The position numbers were made by a program, and so were the translations under genes. A stretch of DNA of 64,000 nt from Phycisphaerales bacterium (GTDB lineage: Bacteria; Planctomycetota; Phycisphaerae; Phycisphaerales; UBA1924), in NCBI GenBank assembly GCA_965227775.1, contig OZ245777.1, forward strand, positions 1,024,001 through 1,088,000, read 5' to 3'. Positions 17,857-26,491 of the stretch are shown here, piece after piece. How positions within the stretch are numbered: position 1 is the first letter of the stretch; each line of letters begins with the position of its first letter. The notes beneath the pieces are model-generated. The model saw only the letters and a program-made list of their open reading frames with translations. It was not told where the DNA came from and ran no database searches.

Positions 17857-20532
17857 ATGCGTGACTTTCTGCGATTCGCCGCCTCGCTCGTCGTGGCCGT
17901 GCTCTGCTGCACACCAGCAACACACGCGCAGTACACCCTCAATCCGAAGACCTACGCGTCTCCATCCGGCGAATACCAGCTCCACATCGACCCATCACAA
18001 GAGCGCGGCGTCGGTCCATCGACAGCAACGATGTCCCACGCCGGTACTCGCCTCTGGCAGAAAGAACACCCGTTCAGCCTCTGGCACGCCCACGTCACAG
18101 ACGATGGCCACACCGTTGGCTACACCTACATCCACGGCTACGAAGGCATGACCCTCGTGTACGTACGAAACGTTCCCAACACCGTCGATATCGTGTTCCT
18201 CGATACAGACGGCGAGATCATTGCCCGCCACGACATACCACGGCAGCACTCCGGGATGATGTCCAATCCCCCGGCTCCTTTTGTACCGACGATCAATCTC
18301 CTCGTGCCGATCCCCGCGCAAGACCGTGTCCTTGTCGTCCCGAACTCGAGTTCTCGAAGGAACGCCGCGCCCTGGTGGATGTTCGAGCTCTCGAGCGGCC
18401 GCCGCCTCGATGACATCGCGAATCCCGCAACACCGGTCATCCAGCAAAATGGATTCACACGGGACATTTCATTCCATCCACTCGGCGACCATCCCGTGGT
18501 CGTCGTGCATGTCCTCGTAAGCCAGTACAACGCGCCGAAGCGCACCGAAGATGCCTTCTTGGGCCTACTCCACCTCGATGGAAACCTGATCTGGGGGACG
18601 ACGATCAAGAGCGAGTACGACCACATGCCCCAAGGCTGGCGCTGGCGGGGAGAACGAGACCCCGCAGACCAGCTCGTGACCGTCGCCGCGGGCTTCCAGT
18701 TCCACTCCTGGTCAACCGATGAGATCATCAGCTTCGAGTGCGTGCGCGAGGGTGGTGCGTGGATAGCGCGAGAAATCGATCGCCAGCCCGCGCCGCCTGC
18801 GCCCGAAGAGCAACCACCCGAGGCGCTCGAATCCATCACGCTCGAGCTCGCTGGCAGCATCTCGCTCGGTCGCCCGGTGCCCACCCCCTTCGAGAACGTC
18901 TCGTACATCGATATCGATGGCAACGGCAACATCGGCTTCGTGCCGGTGACGCACAGGACCAGGTCGTTCTTCCTCGTGAGCCCAGAGGGAGAGGTCATCC
19001 ACCGCAAGCTCTTCGCAGACTTTGAAGGCGATACCCCATGGCTCGTAAAGGCCGTATGGGCGGGCACCGACGACCAGCCGGACCGCTGGCTGCTCTTCAG
19101 CACCGGGCTCGGCGACAGAAAGCCCGCAGCGGCGTGGTACGACGTCAAGACCAGGTCGATCTCGACGGTCCCGGATCTCGGCTTCAAATACGTCAGAGAC
19201 ATGCGCCCGCTACGCGACGGTGGATTGATCGCGGTAGGCGAGGGCCTTACGCGCAGCGACACCGGCCTCGTCGCGTTCAATCCCGACGGTTCCATCCGCT
19301 GGAAGCAGGACGTCCAGTATCTCCGAGACGGCCTCGCCATCACGACCAACGACGAGATCGCCCTGCTCACGAGCAAACGGGTGCTGTTCTACGACCTCGA
19401 CGGCAACCCGTCGGGCGACATCGATCTCGCGACCGCCTTCGGCCGACAACCCCGTTATCCGGCGGGCATGACAGCCGATGCGAGTGGCGGCGTCATCGTG
19501 CTTGACGCGAGCGGCACATCAGGAGCGTTCCACATTGCACGCGATGGTTCGCTCAACAAGACACTGACGCCGCGATTCGACGATGGCGCGATCATCGACG
19601 GCACCCGAGATATTCCCCAGGCTCCCGATGGCTCGCTCTGGACCACCGACGGCCACGCACTCCTCCTGCTCGGGGCCGATGGTGTCGTCGAGCGAATCAT
19701 CGGTGAGCCGCCCGAAGCGCGACCACTCCGCAAGGTCTCGTCGGTCGCCCTCGGTCCACGCGGGAACATCTACGCCCTCAACGAGGCCAACGCCGCCATC
19801 CACGTGTTCGATAAGGACGGCAATCCGCGCGAAGTCCTGCCACCCCCCAGCAAATCGCCCGGCTACCTGTTCGGGTCGTCACTCGTGACCGTCGAGCACA
19901 ACGGCACCATCCACGCCCCAGGCGTGCGCTACGCGCGAGACGAGAAGCCGCTTCCCCCACTCGACGGAGCAACCAACCAGATCGCAGAGTACTGGCTCAT
20001 GCAACCCCACGATCCCGTGGGCTGGTCCCTCGGGTACGAGTACATCGCGCTCTTCCAGATCGAGAAGGACGACACCACCACCGTCCTGCGAGAGGTCAGG
20101 CGCCGCCCCGACAACACCTGGGTCGAACAGCCGCACGACGGAGCCGTCGCACAAGACGGATCGCTCGCCGTGGTCGTCGCGGAAGACCTGGGGTACCGCA
20201 GGGGCACGCCGAAGCTCTGCGTCTACGACGCGTCCGGTGAGCCCGTTCGCATGTACGCGATGCCCGACCAGTCCCTGCACGCCCGCATCGCCTACGCCCA
20301 TCCTTACGTCGTCACGATCGACCATGGCAATGACCTACTCGCCGCGAATCTCTACGACGTCCGCACCGATGCGCCGCCCCGCCGCATCGTCTTACCCGAG
20401 AGCATCGACCTCGAAGACGAGTACTGGTACGTGAATCCGTCGCCGTACGCCGGCGAGTTCTTGCTCCGAGGGTCCACTGCGCTCGAGCTCCACCGGATAC
20501 GCCTGCCAGACGAGCCCGAGCCTCACAAGTAA
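17857..20532 (+). CDS. Large secreted beta-propeller (NHL-like repeat) protein
   Basis: Signal peptide; repeated xDGnG/PDGSLW/VALGPRGNIY/VFDKDG blades. Confidence 0.7.
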   Translation: MRDFLRFAASLVVAVLCCTPATHAQYTLNPKTYASPSGEYQLHIDPSQERGVGPSTATMSHAGTRLWQKEHPFSLWHAHVTDDGHTVGYTYIHGYEGMTLVYVRNVPNTVDIVFLDTDGEIIARHDIPRQHSGMMSNPPAPFVPTINLLVPIPAQDRVLVVPNSSSRRNAAPWWMFELSSGRRLDDIANPATPVIQQNGFTRDISFHPLGDHPVVVVHVLVSQYNAPKRTEDAFLGLLHLDGNLIWGTTIKSEYDHMPQGWRWRGERDPADQLVTVAAGFQFHSWSTDEIISFECVREGGAWIAREIDRQPAPPAPEEQPPEALESITLELAGSISLGRPVPTPFENVSYIDIDGNGNIGFVPVTHRTRSFFLVSPEGEVIHRKLFADFEGDTPWLVKAVWAGTDDQPDRWLLFSTGLGDRKPAAAWYDVKTRSISTVPDLGFKYVRDMRPLRDGGLIAVGEGLTRSDTGLVAFNPDGSIRWKQDVQYLRDGLAITTNDEIALLTSKRVLFYDLDGNPSGDIDLATAFGRQPRYPAGMTADASGGVIVLDASGTSGAFHIARDGSLNKTLTPRFDDGAIIDGTRDIPQAPDGSLWTTDGHALLLLGADGVVERIIGEPPEARPLRKVSSVALGPRGNIYALNEANAAIHVFDKDGNPREVLPPPSKSPGYLFGSSLVTVEHNGTIHAPGVRYARDEKPLPPLDGATNQIAEYWLMQPHDPVGWSLGYEYIALFQIEKDDTTTVLREVRRRPDNTWVEQPHDGAVAQDGSLAVVVAEDLGYRRGTPKLCVYDASGEPVRMYAMPDQSLHARIAYAHPYVVTIDHGNDLLAANLYDVRTDAPPRRIVLPESIDLEDEYWYVNPSPYAGEFLLRGSTALELHRIRLPDEPEPHK

Positions 20533-21971
20533 CTCCCCGCCTTCAGCGCCCCAGGCCGATCGAGATTCGTCACAAGATACCGCAGCGCATCGACGGCGTG
20601 ATCCGGCCCGTCCTTGGCCGGCTCTTCGCTCATGGGCCGTTGCATGTCGTAGTGGTACCGCTCCAGGCTCTCGATCAGATGCGGGCACTCGGGCGAGATG
20701 AAGAGTGTCGGCTCGCCGGTCGCGGGGCGCAGACGGGCTCGGAGCAGATCGAGCCCGGCCCGGATGGTCGTCCGTCGTGCGCGCACGCTCAGGCCCGCCC
20801 GCTGGAGCTGCTGGGCATCGCTCAGCCCTGTCTGCGCGTTGCCCTGCCACCCAGCCGGGTCGATGCCGATCCATGCCGGCTTGCGACCCTCATCTTCCAG
20901 CATCGCATCGATGTGCTCACTGAGCAGGCAGCGTGAGGCCACCCGCTCGCGAACGAAGTGCAACACGCCGGCGGGCGAGAGCGCACCCCACACGATCACC
21001 GTCGGCGAGCGATACCCGAAGTCCATGCCGAGCACCCATTGCCAGTCTCCATCGATCTCAGGATTGGCTCGCACGTGCACCGCCTGATCAAACTCGGGCA
21101 GCACCGCATCGTCGCTCTTGGGCCGCTCGCACCGCATCTCGGCGTCCCACGTTGATCGTGACACTCGGCCCTTCAGCGAGATCGCGTCGGCGATCGACAG
21201 GTGTCCGGCCGAGCGCTCCTCCCGCTTGGCCGATCCATGGCACTCACTCCACAGCGGGCAGCCCTCGCACGCGTACGCCGACCCACAGTGCGCGAGCACG
21301 TCGACCACACCCCACTTGAAGAGCGCTCGAGACCCCTGGCTTGCCTGCTCCACGACATCACGCATCAGCCCATGCGCACGATGCATGGTGCTCAGGGCCT
21401 CGATGGATCCGCGCACGGTGTACGCCCTGCCGTCGTACTCGACGCGCTTGCTGCGCGTGGTCAGCTGCGCCGCCTCCCACACCGCCGGGTCAAACAGCTC
21501 GACCTCGTCACACCGCAGCTTCTGGATGCGCGTGACGCGGACCGATGCCTGGCTCTGGGCGAGCAACTCGAGCCTCGATCCATTGATCAGTTCCAGCCGC
21601 CGATCGGTCACTCGACCCTCGACCAGGTCGCTGACGGCGGGCCTTCGGATCAGGTGACGCAGGTGCGCGTGCATGCGCTGGGCCTGCTCGAGCGAGCCGC
21701 CCAGGATGCGCACCTCGATACCCGGCTTGTACACCAGATCGAGCAGCGTCGCGACGGCCCCGAGGAACGTCTTGCCACCACCGCGGTTGGCCCAGACCAC
21801 CGCATCGATCGGGTCGCTAACCGTGTTGGTGAGCACTTCGGGAAGATGATCCGCGAAGAACGCGTGTGCAAGATACGACAGCGGCTTTGCGCTCACCTCG
21901 ACGTCCAGCATCGTGCGCACGCACGCGGCAAGTTCTTCTACGCTGGCCGGCCGTGCCGGCAGCGGCGTCAC
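20523..21971 (-). CDS. Phage terminase large subunit-like protein (ATPase plus RNase H-like nuclease)
   Basis: Walker A ANRGGGKT, Walker B LRCDEVE, ALST; nuclease motifs GMDFGY, GIDPAG and DGPDHAVDALRY. GTG start with an AAGGAG RBS overlaps the upstream stop (GTGA). Confidence 0.88.
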   Translation of the reverse strand: MTPLPARPASVEELAACVRTMLDVEVSAKPLSYLAHAFFADHLPEVLTNTVSDPIDAVVWANRGGGKTFLGAVATLLDLVYKPGIEVRILGGSLEQAQRMHAHLRHLIRRPAVSDLVEGRVTDRRLELINGSRLELLAQSQASVRVTRIQKLRCDEVELFDPAVWEAAQLTTRSKRVEYDGRAYTVRGSIEALSTMHRAHGLMRDVVEQASQGSRALFKWGVVDVLAHCGSAYACEGCPLWSECHGSAKREERSAGHLSIADAISLKGRVSRSTWDAEMRCERPKSDDAVLPEFDQAVHVRANPEIDGDWQWVLGMDFGYRSPTVIVWGALSPAGVLHFVRERVASRCLLSEHIDAMLEDEGRKPAWIGIDPAGWQGNAQTGLSDAQQLQRAGLSVRARRTTIRAGLDLLRARLRPATGEPTLFISPECPHLIESLERYHYDMQRPMSEEPAKDGPDHAVDALRYLVTNLDRPGALKAGSYL

Positions 21972-22642
21972 GGCCGGCTCCTTTCGTGCACGTGCGCCAC
22001 GGGCGGGTGCGTCAGCAGCGCAAAAACACGTCCGGCGATGTCGCCACCGCGCAGCTTCCGCGATCTGGCCCACGTCCGCAACGCTGGCATGATGGCTTGC
22101 GGAGGCTGCTTGAGCAGTTCGGCCCGGGCCACACCGTGCCGAGCCATCGCACGCAGCAGCTTCGCGTCGGCCTTGCTCGGTGGCAGGTCGACCCGGTCCA
22201 TGCCCGCACGCTCGAAGAAGGGGCACGCGTGGGCCATCGCCGCCAGCGCCTCGGTGCGCGGCGTGCAAGGGTCATCCAAGTACGCACGCACCAGTCGAAC
22301 CGCGAGGCCGCGACCGCGGTACCTCGGGTCGACGATCACACGCGAGATGACACGCACGTCGAGATTCAGGCGCCTCGCGTTCGCACCCTTGTCCGGAGTG
22401 TCGTAGTCGCCCGGCCAGGCGATCGAACGCCAGCGGCCGTTGAGCGTGGGCATCGAGGCAACGAGCACGCCGATGGTCTCGCCATCATCTCTTGCGCGCA
22501 GGATGCGTGTGATCGGCCCCGGCCGTCCGGCGACGTAGTGGAACCGCGACAGCGACCTCAGGTCGTCGATCGTGCCGGGCTCGATGGTGATGGTGTCAGG
22601 TTGCGGGACGCGGAATCGGCGGACGAGCGAGGCGTGTGCCAC
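21968..22642 (-). CDS. GNAT-family acetyltransferase (COG2401 acetyltransferase-like); start uncertain
   Basis: LSRFHY, ISRVIVDPRYRGRGLAVRLV (acetyl-CoA motif A), AAMAHACPFFERAGM. Confidence 0.82.
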   Translation of the reverse strand: MAHASLVRRFRVPQPDTITIEPGTIDDLRSLSRFHYVAGRPGPITRILRARDDGETIGVLVASMPTLNGRWRSIAWPGDYDTPDKGANARRLNLDVRVISRVIVDPRYRGRGLAVRLVRAYLDDPCTPRTEALAAMAHACPFFERAGMDRVDLPPSKADAKLLRAMARHGVARAELLKQPPQAIMPALRTWARSRKLRGGDIAGRVFALLTHPPVAHVHERSRP

Positions 22643-23294
22643 GGGATGGCTCCGCGGGGGCGCGGGTGATGACCACGGGCGGCGACGGGCGATCGCCGGG
22701 CAGGGGCAGGGCAACGAGCAGGTCGGGCGAGAGCGATTCGAGCGTGTCCTCTCGCGCGCTGCAGGCAACGAGCGTGACGCGCCTTCGGCGGCACCAGCGC
22801 GCGAGCGCGTGCGCCATCGAGTGGGCGGTGGCAGCGTCGAGCGTGGCGGCGAACTCGTCGGCGATGAGCACGCAGCCGGGCGTGCAGCGGTCCATCGCGG
22901 CGGCGATCCTGAGGCGGGCAAGCTGGCCGGTGCTAAGCCGGCCGGCTGGGCGAACGAGCAGCGCGGCCTCGGCCAGTCCGGCGGCACCAAGCAGGCCGAG
23001 CGCCTGATCGAAGTCATCGCCCACGTGCTCGATGGTGGCGCGACGCCGCGACAGATGCGCGGGCGGGCATACGACGGGGCGGCCTATCTGTGCAAGCCGG
23101 CGACGCAGCAGGGCGATGGCCGTGCTCTTCCCGCTGCCGCTCGGGCCGGTCAGCAGCGCGACCTGGCCGGGCTCGAGGCGTGCGAGCTCGCGGGCGGCGT
23201 GTCGGGCGCCGCGCAGGGCGCAGCGCCTGCTTGGTTCGGCGGAGCCATAGGGCAGCGCGAAGAGCGCTCGGGCATGGGCGATGCGGTTGTTCAC
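22596..23294 (-). CDS. Soluble ABC-type ATPase (COG2401-like), no permease partner
   Basis: GPSGSGKS, LSTGQ signature, IADEFAATLD; GTG start overlaps the upstream stop (GTGA). Confidence 0.85.
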   Translation of the reverse strand: MNNRIAHARALFALPYGSAEPSRRCALRGARHAARELARLEPGQVALLTGPSGSGKSTAIALLRRRLAQIGRPVVCPPAHLSRRRATIEHVGDDFDQALGLLGAAGLAEAALLVRPAGRLSTGQLARLRIAAAMDRCTPGCVLIADEFAATLDAATAHSMAHALARWCRRRRVTLVACSAREDTLESLSPDLLVALPLPGDRPSPPVVITRAPAEPSRGTRLARPPIPRPAT

Positions 23295-23728
23295 GCCGCG
23301 CTCCCGGGTTTGGTACGCGAGCCGGCGGCCTCGATGAGTGCGCGAAACGCGTCGTAGTGCTTGCGCACGGTGTGGTAGCTGACGCCCAGCCGCTGGGAGA
23401 TCTGCCGCATGGGCAGGCCCTCGATAGCTTTGAGCCGGGCTACTTGCCGCAACTGGCGGGGCAACTCGGGACTGAGGCGCACGGCCGCGTCGAACGTTGG
23501 ATCGCACACCCGACGCACGAGGGCCCGGACGCGTCGGCGGAGCTGCCGCTCGGGGGCGCCCACCATGACGGCAACCTCGCTGACGGCCATCCCCCGGCCG
23601 TAGATGGCCACCAGCAGCTGCCGCTCGTCGGCGGGCAGGTGGTCGGCGGCGTCGAGGACGCGGGTCACCATGGCCCGCCGCCGCTTGCGTCGCATGTCCA
23701 GGGCCGTGTCGTCCAGTCGTGTCTGCAT
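23291..23728 (-). CDS. Protein with two tandem sigma70 region-4-like HTH domains (putative activator)
   Basis: LPADERQLL..IYGRGMAVSEVA and LPRQLRQVA.LKAIEGLPMRQISQRLGVSYHTVRKH; no sigma region 2 visible. Confidence 0.75.
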   Translation of the reverse strand: MQTRLDDTALDMRRKRRRAMVTRVLDAADHLPADERQLLVAIYGRGMAVSEVAVMVGAPERQLRRRVRALVRRVCDPTFDAAVRLSPELPRQLRQVARLKAIEGLPMRQISQRLGVSYHTVRKHYDAFRALIEAAGSRTKPGSAA

Positions 23729-23771
23729 GGCGTCGCGCTCCGTTTACTGAGTGTTCGGCTGTCTACTCCGT

Positions 23772-23812
23772 ATTGTCGACTTGACAGCAAACAAATGCAA
23801 GGATAATGTTTG
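23772..23812. promoter_or_regulatory. Overlapping divergent promoters with an inverted-repeat operator
   Basis: Plus strand TTGACA(23781)-N17-TAATGT; minus strand TTGCAT(23800)-N17-GACAAT; CAAACA-N13-TGTTTG at 23788-23812. AT-rich patch in GC-rich DNA. Confidence 0.65.
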
Positions 23813-23901
23813 GTATATCCGCCAGATAGCGCAGAATCGTGGCGGTGGGGTCGAGATCTCGCGAAAACAGCCTGTTGACGATCTGGGAGAGGGATTTCAG
23901 G

Positions 23902-24771
23902 ATGCCCGAGAGCAGCAAGAGACCGGCGAGGGATCCGACCGACTTCGGAGAGCTCCTCCGAGATCGGCGGATGCGGCTCGGGCTGAGTTTGCGCGAGGCT
24001 GCCGAGGACGCCGGCTGCACCAAGGGGTACCTGTCGCTGCTGGAGCGGGGCAAGCGCGGCGTTCCGACGGAGCGCGTGCTTGCGGGGCTGGAGCGTGCGC
24101 TGGAACTCGAGCCGGGCTCGCTGGGTGAGGCCGTCGCGATGAACAGCACTCCGGCGAGGGTGCGGGAGGAACTTGTTGAGCGGCGCGAGCAGGGGGAGGC
24201 GGCCCAGCAACTGGCGGCGTTGCTGCGTCGCGCCGGGCCGGGCGGGCTCGATCGCGCGTTCGAGAGCGGGGTGCTGGCGCGGCTCGTAGATCGCATCGCG
24301 CCGCTGGGCGATGGCGGCGGCGAGGGAGATCGGGTCGAGGCGTTGCTGCCCGGTGCCGTGCCGCTGATCAACCTCGTGCCGGCGGGGCAGGCGGCCGAGT
24401 TCACCGACCTTGGCTATCCCGCTCGTGTGGCCGACAGCTACGTGGCCGCGCCCGAGCTCGGCGATCCCGACGCGTTCGCTGCGCGCGTGACGGGCGACAG
24501 CATGGAGCCGCGGTACCTCGAGGGCGACGTGGTGATCTTCAGCCCCGGGCGCGAGGTGCGAGACGGCATGGACTGCTTTGCGCGGCTGGCCGAGCCGGAT
24601 AGTGAGACGACCTTCAAGCGCGTGTACTTCGAGCGTGGGGCAGACGACGAAGAGTTCATTCGACTGCAGCCGCTGAACCCCCGGCACAAGGCGCGGGTGG
24701 AACCGCGGGAGAAGGTCGTTGGGTTGTATCCGGCGGTGAGCGTGACGCGGCGAGTTGGTATTGGGGACTAG
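23902..24771 (+). CDS. XRE-HTH plus S24 peptidase repressor (CI/LexA-like)
   Basis: LSLREAAEDAGCTKGYLSLLERG HTH; Ala-Gly cleavage site VPAG; catalytic Ser in GDSMEP and Lys in TTFKR. Confidence 0.9.
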   Translation: MPESSKRPARDPTDFGELLRDRRMRLGLSLREAAEDAGCTKGYLSLLERGKRGVPTERVLAGLERALELEPGSLGEAVAMNSTPARVREELVERREQGEAAQQLAALLRRAGPGGLDRAFESGVLARLVDRIAPLGDGGGEGDRVEALLPGAVPLINLVPAGQAAEFTDLGYPARVADSYVAAPELGDPDAFAARVTGDSMEPRYLEGDVVIFSPGREVRDGMDCFARLAEPDSETTFKRVYFERGADDEEFIRLQPLNPRHKARVEPREKVVGLYPAVSVTRRVGIGD

Positions 24772-25223
24772 GAATCTGGAATCGGCGGCGCGAGCTTCCA
24801 GGCTGCGCTGCATTCGGGGCAGGTTGTGCAGCCGTCGGGGTCGGGGGAGAGCCTCGAGAGGTCGTAGTCGCAGGCGCGGCAGCGGCCTGTCGCGAGCTTG
24901 CGTCGCTTGGCCCAGGGTTTGAACACCCAGAAATGGAAGTAACAGAACACACCCAGCCAGACGACCATGAATGCTGCCAGGTACGGCGGGGGTAGCGCAG
25001 TCAGCGGAGATGGCAGTCCTGTTAGCGCGAATCTCGAGAGCACAAACAACGCAAGAACCATCAACGCGAAGATGAACGTGCCGAGGTGCCACATGCGCCA
25101 GCTTCGTGGTGTTTCGCGGTAGACAGGCTCCCAGGGCATGGGGTAGGTGAAGCTGTACATCCACCGCGTGATCGGGTGGCGGTTGCCACGATCATCGGTG
25201 ATGGTGCGGTTGGTGAGGCGCAT
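24768..25223 (-). CDS. Membrane protein with C-terminal zinc ribbon
   Basis: Two TM segments, then CRACDYDL...CPECSAAW. Confidence 0.75.
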   Translation of the reverse strand: MRLTNRTITDDRGNRHPITRWMYSFTYPMPWEPVYRETPRSWRMWHLGTFIFALMVLALFVLSRFALTGLPSPLTALPPPYLAAFMVVWLGVFCYFHFWVFKPWAKRRKLATGRCRACDYDLSRLSPDPDGCTTCPECSAAWKLAPPIPDS

Positions 25224-25249
25224 CGACCAGAGTCATAGCGCCGCGGGCC

Positions 25250-26395
25250 CTAAGCCGCTTCGTTGTCGCGAACGACCTTGCCTCGGCCGAGCTGACGCAG
25301 CGGACGCGGGCGCTCCTGGTGGGCTAGGTGGTCGGCGACGGCCTGCCAGTCGGCAGCGGTCTTGGTCTCTCCCCCGCGGCGGTGGATGGCGTCGGGCGAT
25401 GTGCGGCAGGTGAGGAACACCGTGGGCCCACCGAAGATGGGGCGCACGGGCTCGGTCGCGTCGAACTCTTCGGGCCAACGTGGCAGCGTGCCGGGGCGCG
25501 TGGGCTTGCTAGTCATCGCGTGCAGCACGAAGTCGTACGCGGTGACGCCCAGGCACACGATGGCCTTGAGGTTGGGCATGTTCTTGATGACGAAGCGCAG
25601 CGTTGGGGCCATCGCCCTGCGGTGCGCGTCGCGGTTGCGCTTGAGTTCGTCTCGGGCGTTGTCATTGACGAGCAGTGGGCCGTAGCACGTGCCGGCTAGC
25701 ACGCCGCGGCTTGCGAGCGGAAAGGCGAGGCGCGCAAGACCGTACGTTGCGGGCGTCTCGTGCTGGCAGTAGGGGCGCAGGGTCTTGCGGCCGAGCCTTG
25801 CCTTGACGACCTGCACGTGCGTGGGCGCAGAATCGAGCACGAGGATCTTGCCGTCCCAGCGACCGTAGACGGATTCGAGCGCGAAGAGCCGGGGCTCTTG
25901 GGGCAGCAGCTCGTACACGCTGGTGAACCCTGGCACGCGCAGGTCGCGGATGCTCTGAGGGATCGGCGGCGTGCGCATGGGGCGCGGCTCGGCGGTCGGG
26001 GCGGCGGGGGCTTCGGAGCCCATGAGGTATGCGCGAGCTTCCTCGGCTGTCATGCGGCGCGCGGCCGGTTTGGGCTTGGCCTCGGTTGACGCCTTCGCGT
26101 GACGCTTGACCGCGGGCTTGGCGGGGCGGGTGGACCGCGCGTCGGCCTTGGGCTTGACGGTGGGCACCATGCCGATCTGCGGGCCGTATCCGCTGGTGAG
26201 GCTGCCCTCGAACAGGCCGGCCATCTCGCCCATGAGGTTCGGGGCGATGCCTGCGGCCGAGGCCTTGCCCGCCCGCGGGTGCAGGGCCGACAGCTTGAAC
26301 GGCTGGCGGCCGCTGCTCGCGGGGCGCGGTGCGGTCCCGTGCTTGCCCGTGTTCTCGGACGGGGCGACGGCCTGGTTGCTGTTCTGGGGTGCCAT
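25250..26395 (-). CDS. Protein with a low-complexity N-terminus and a degenerate uracil-DNA-glycosylase-like domain
   Basis: YGRWDGKILVLDSAP, PNLKAIVCLGVTAY and VFLTCRTSP resemble the UDG-superfamily motifs, but the catalytic His is absent. Confidence 0.55.
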   Translation of the reverse strand: MAPQNSNQAVAPSENTGKHGTAPRPASSGRQPFKLSALHPRAGKASAAGIAPNLMGEMAGLFEGSLTSGYGPQIGMVPTVKPKADARSTRPAKPAVKRHAKASTEAKPKPAARRMTAEEARAYLMGSEAPAAPTAEPRPMRTPPIPQSIRDLRVPGFTSVYELLPQEPRLFALESVYGRWDGKILVLDSAPTHVQVVKARLGRKTLRPYCQHETPATYGLARLAFPLASRGVLAGTCYGPLLVNDNARDELKRNRDAHRRAMAPTLRFVIKNMPNLKAIVCLGVTAYDFVLHAMTSKPTRPGTLPRWPEEFDATEPVRPIFGGPTVFLTCRTSPDAIHRRGGETKTAADWQAVADHLAHQERPRPLRQLGRGKVVRDNEAA

Positions 26396-26491
26396 GCCCG
26401 GGTTATCGAACGTGGCGGGGGGCGACTTGAGTCCGAATTGCCGGGCAGTTATCGCGGGCGAAGGGCGTATGCCAACGACCGATTCAGCGCG

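Noticed and set aside
20523..24771. Intact prophage or mobile element
   Set aside because: No integrase, att repeats, structural, lysis or replication genes are visible. Reported instead as a phage-derived module.
23902..24771. Calling the repressor the host lexA
   Set aside because: The N-terminal domain is an XRE/Cro-CI HTH rather than the LexA winged helix, and the context is phage-like.
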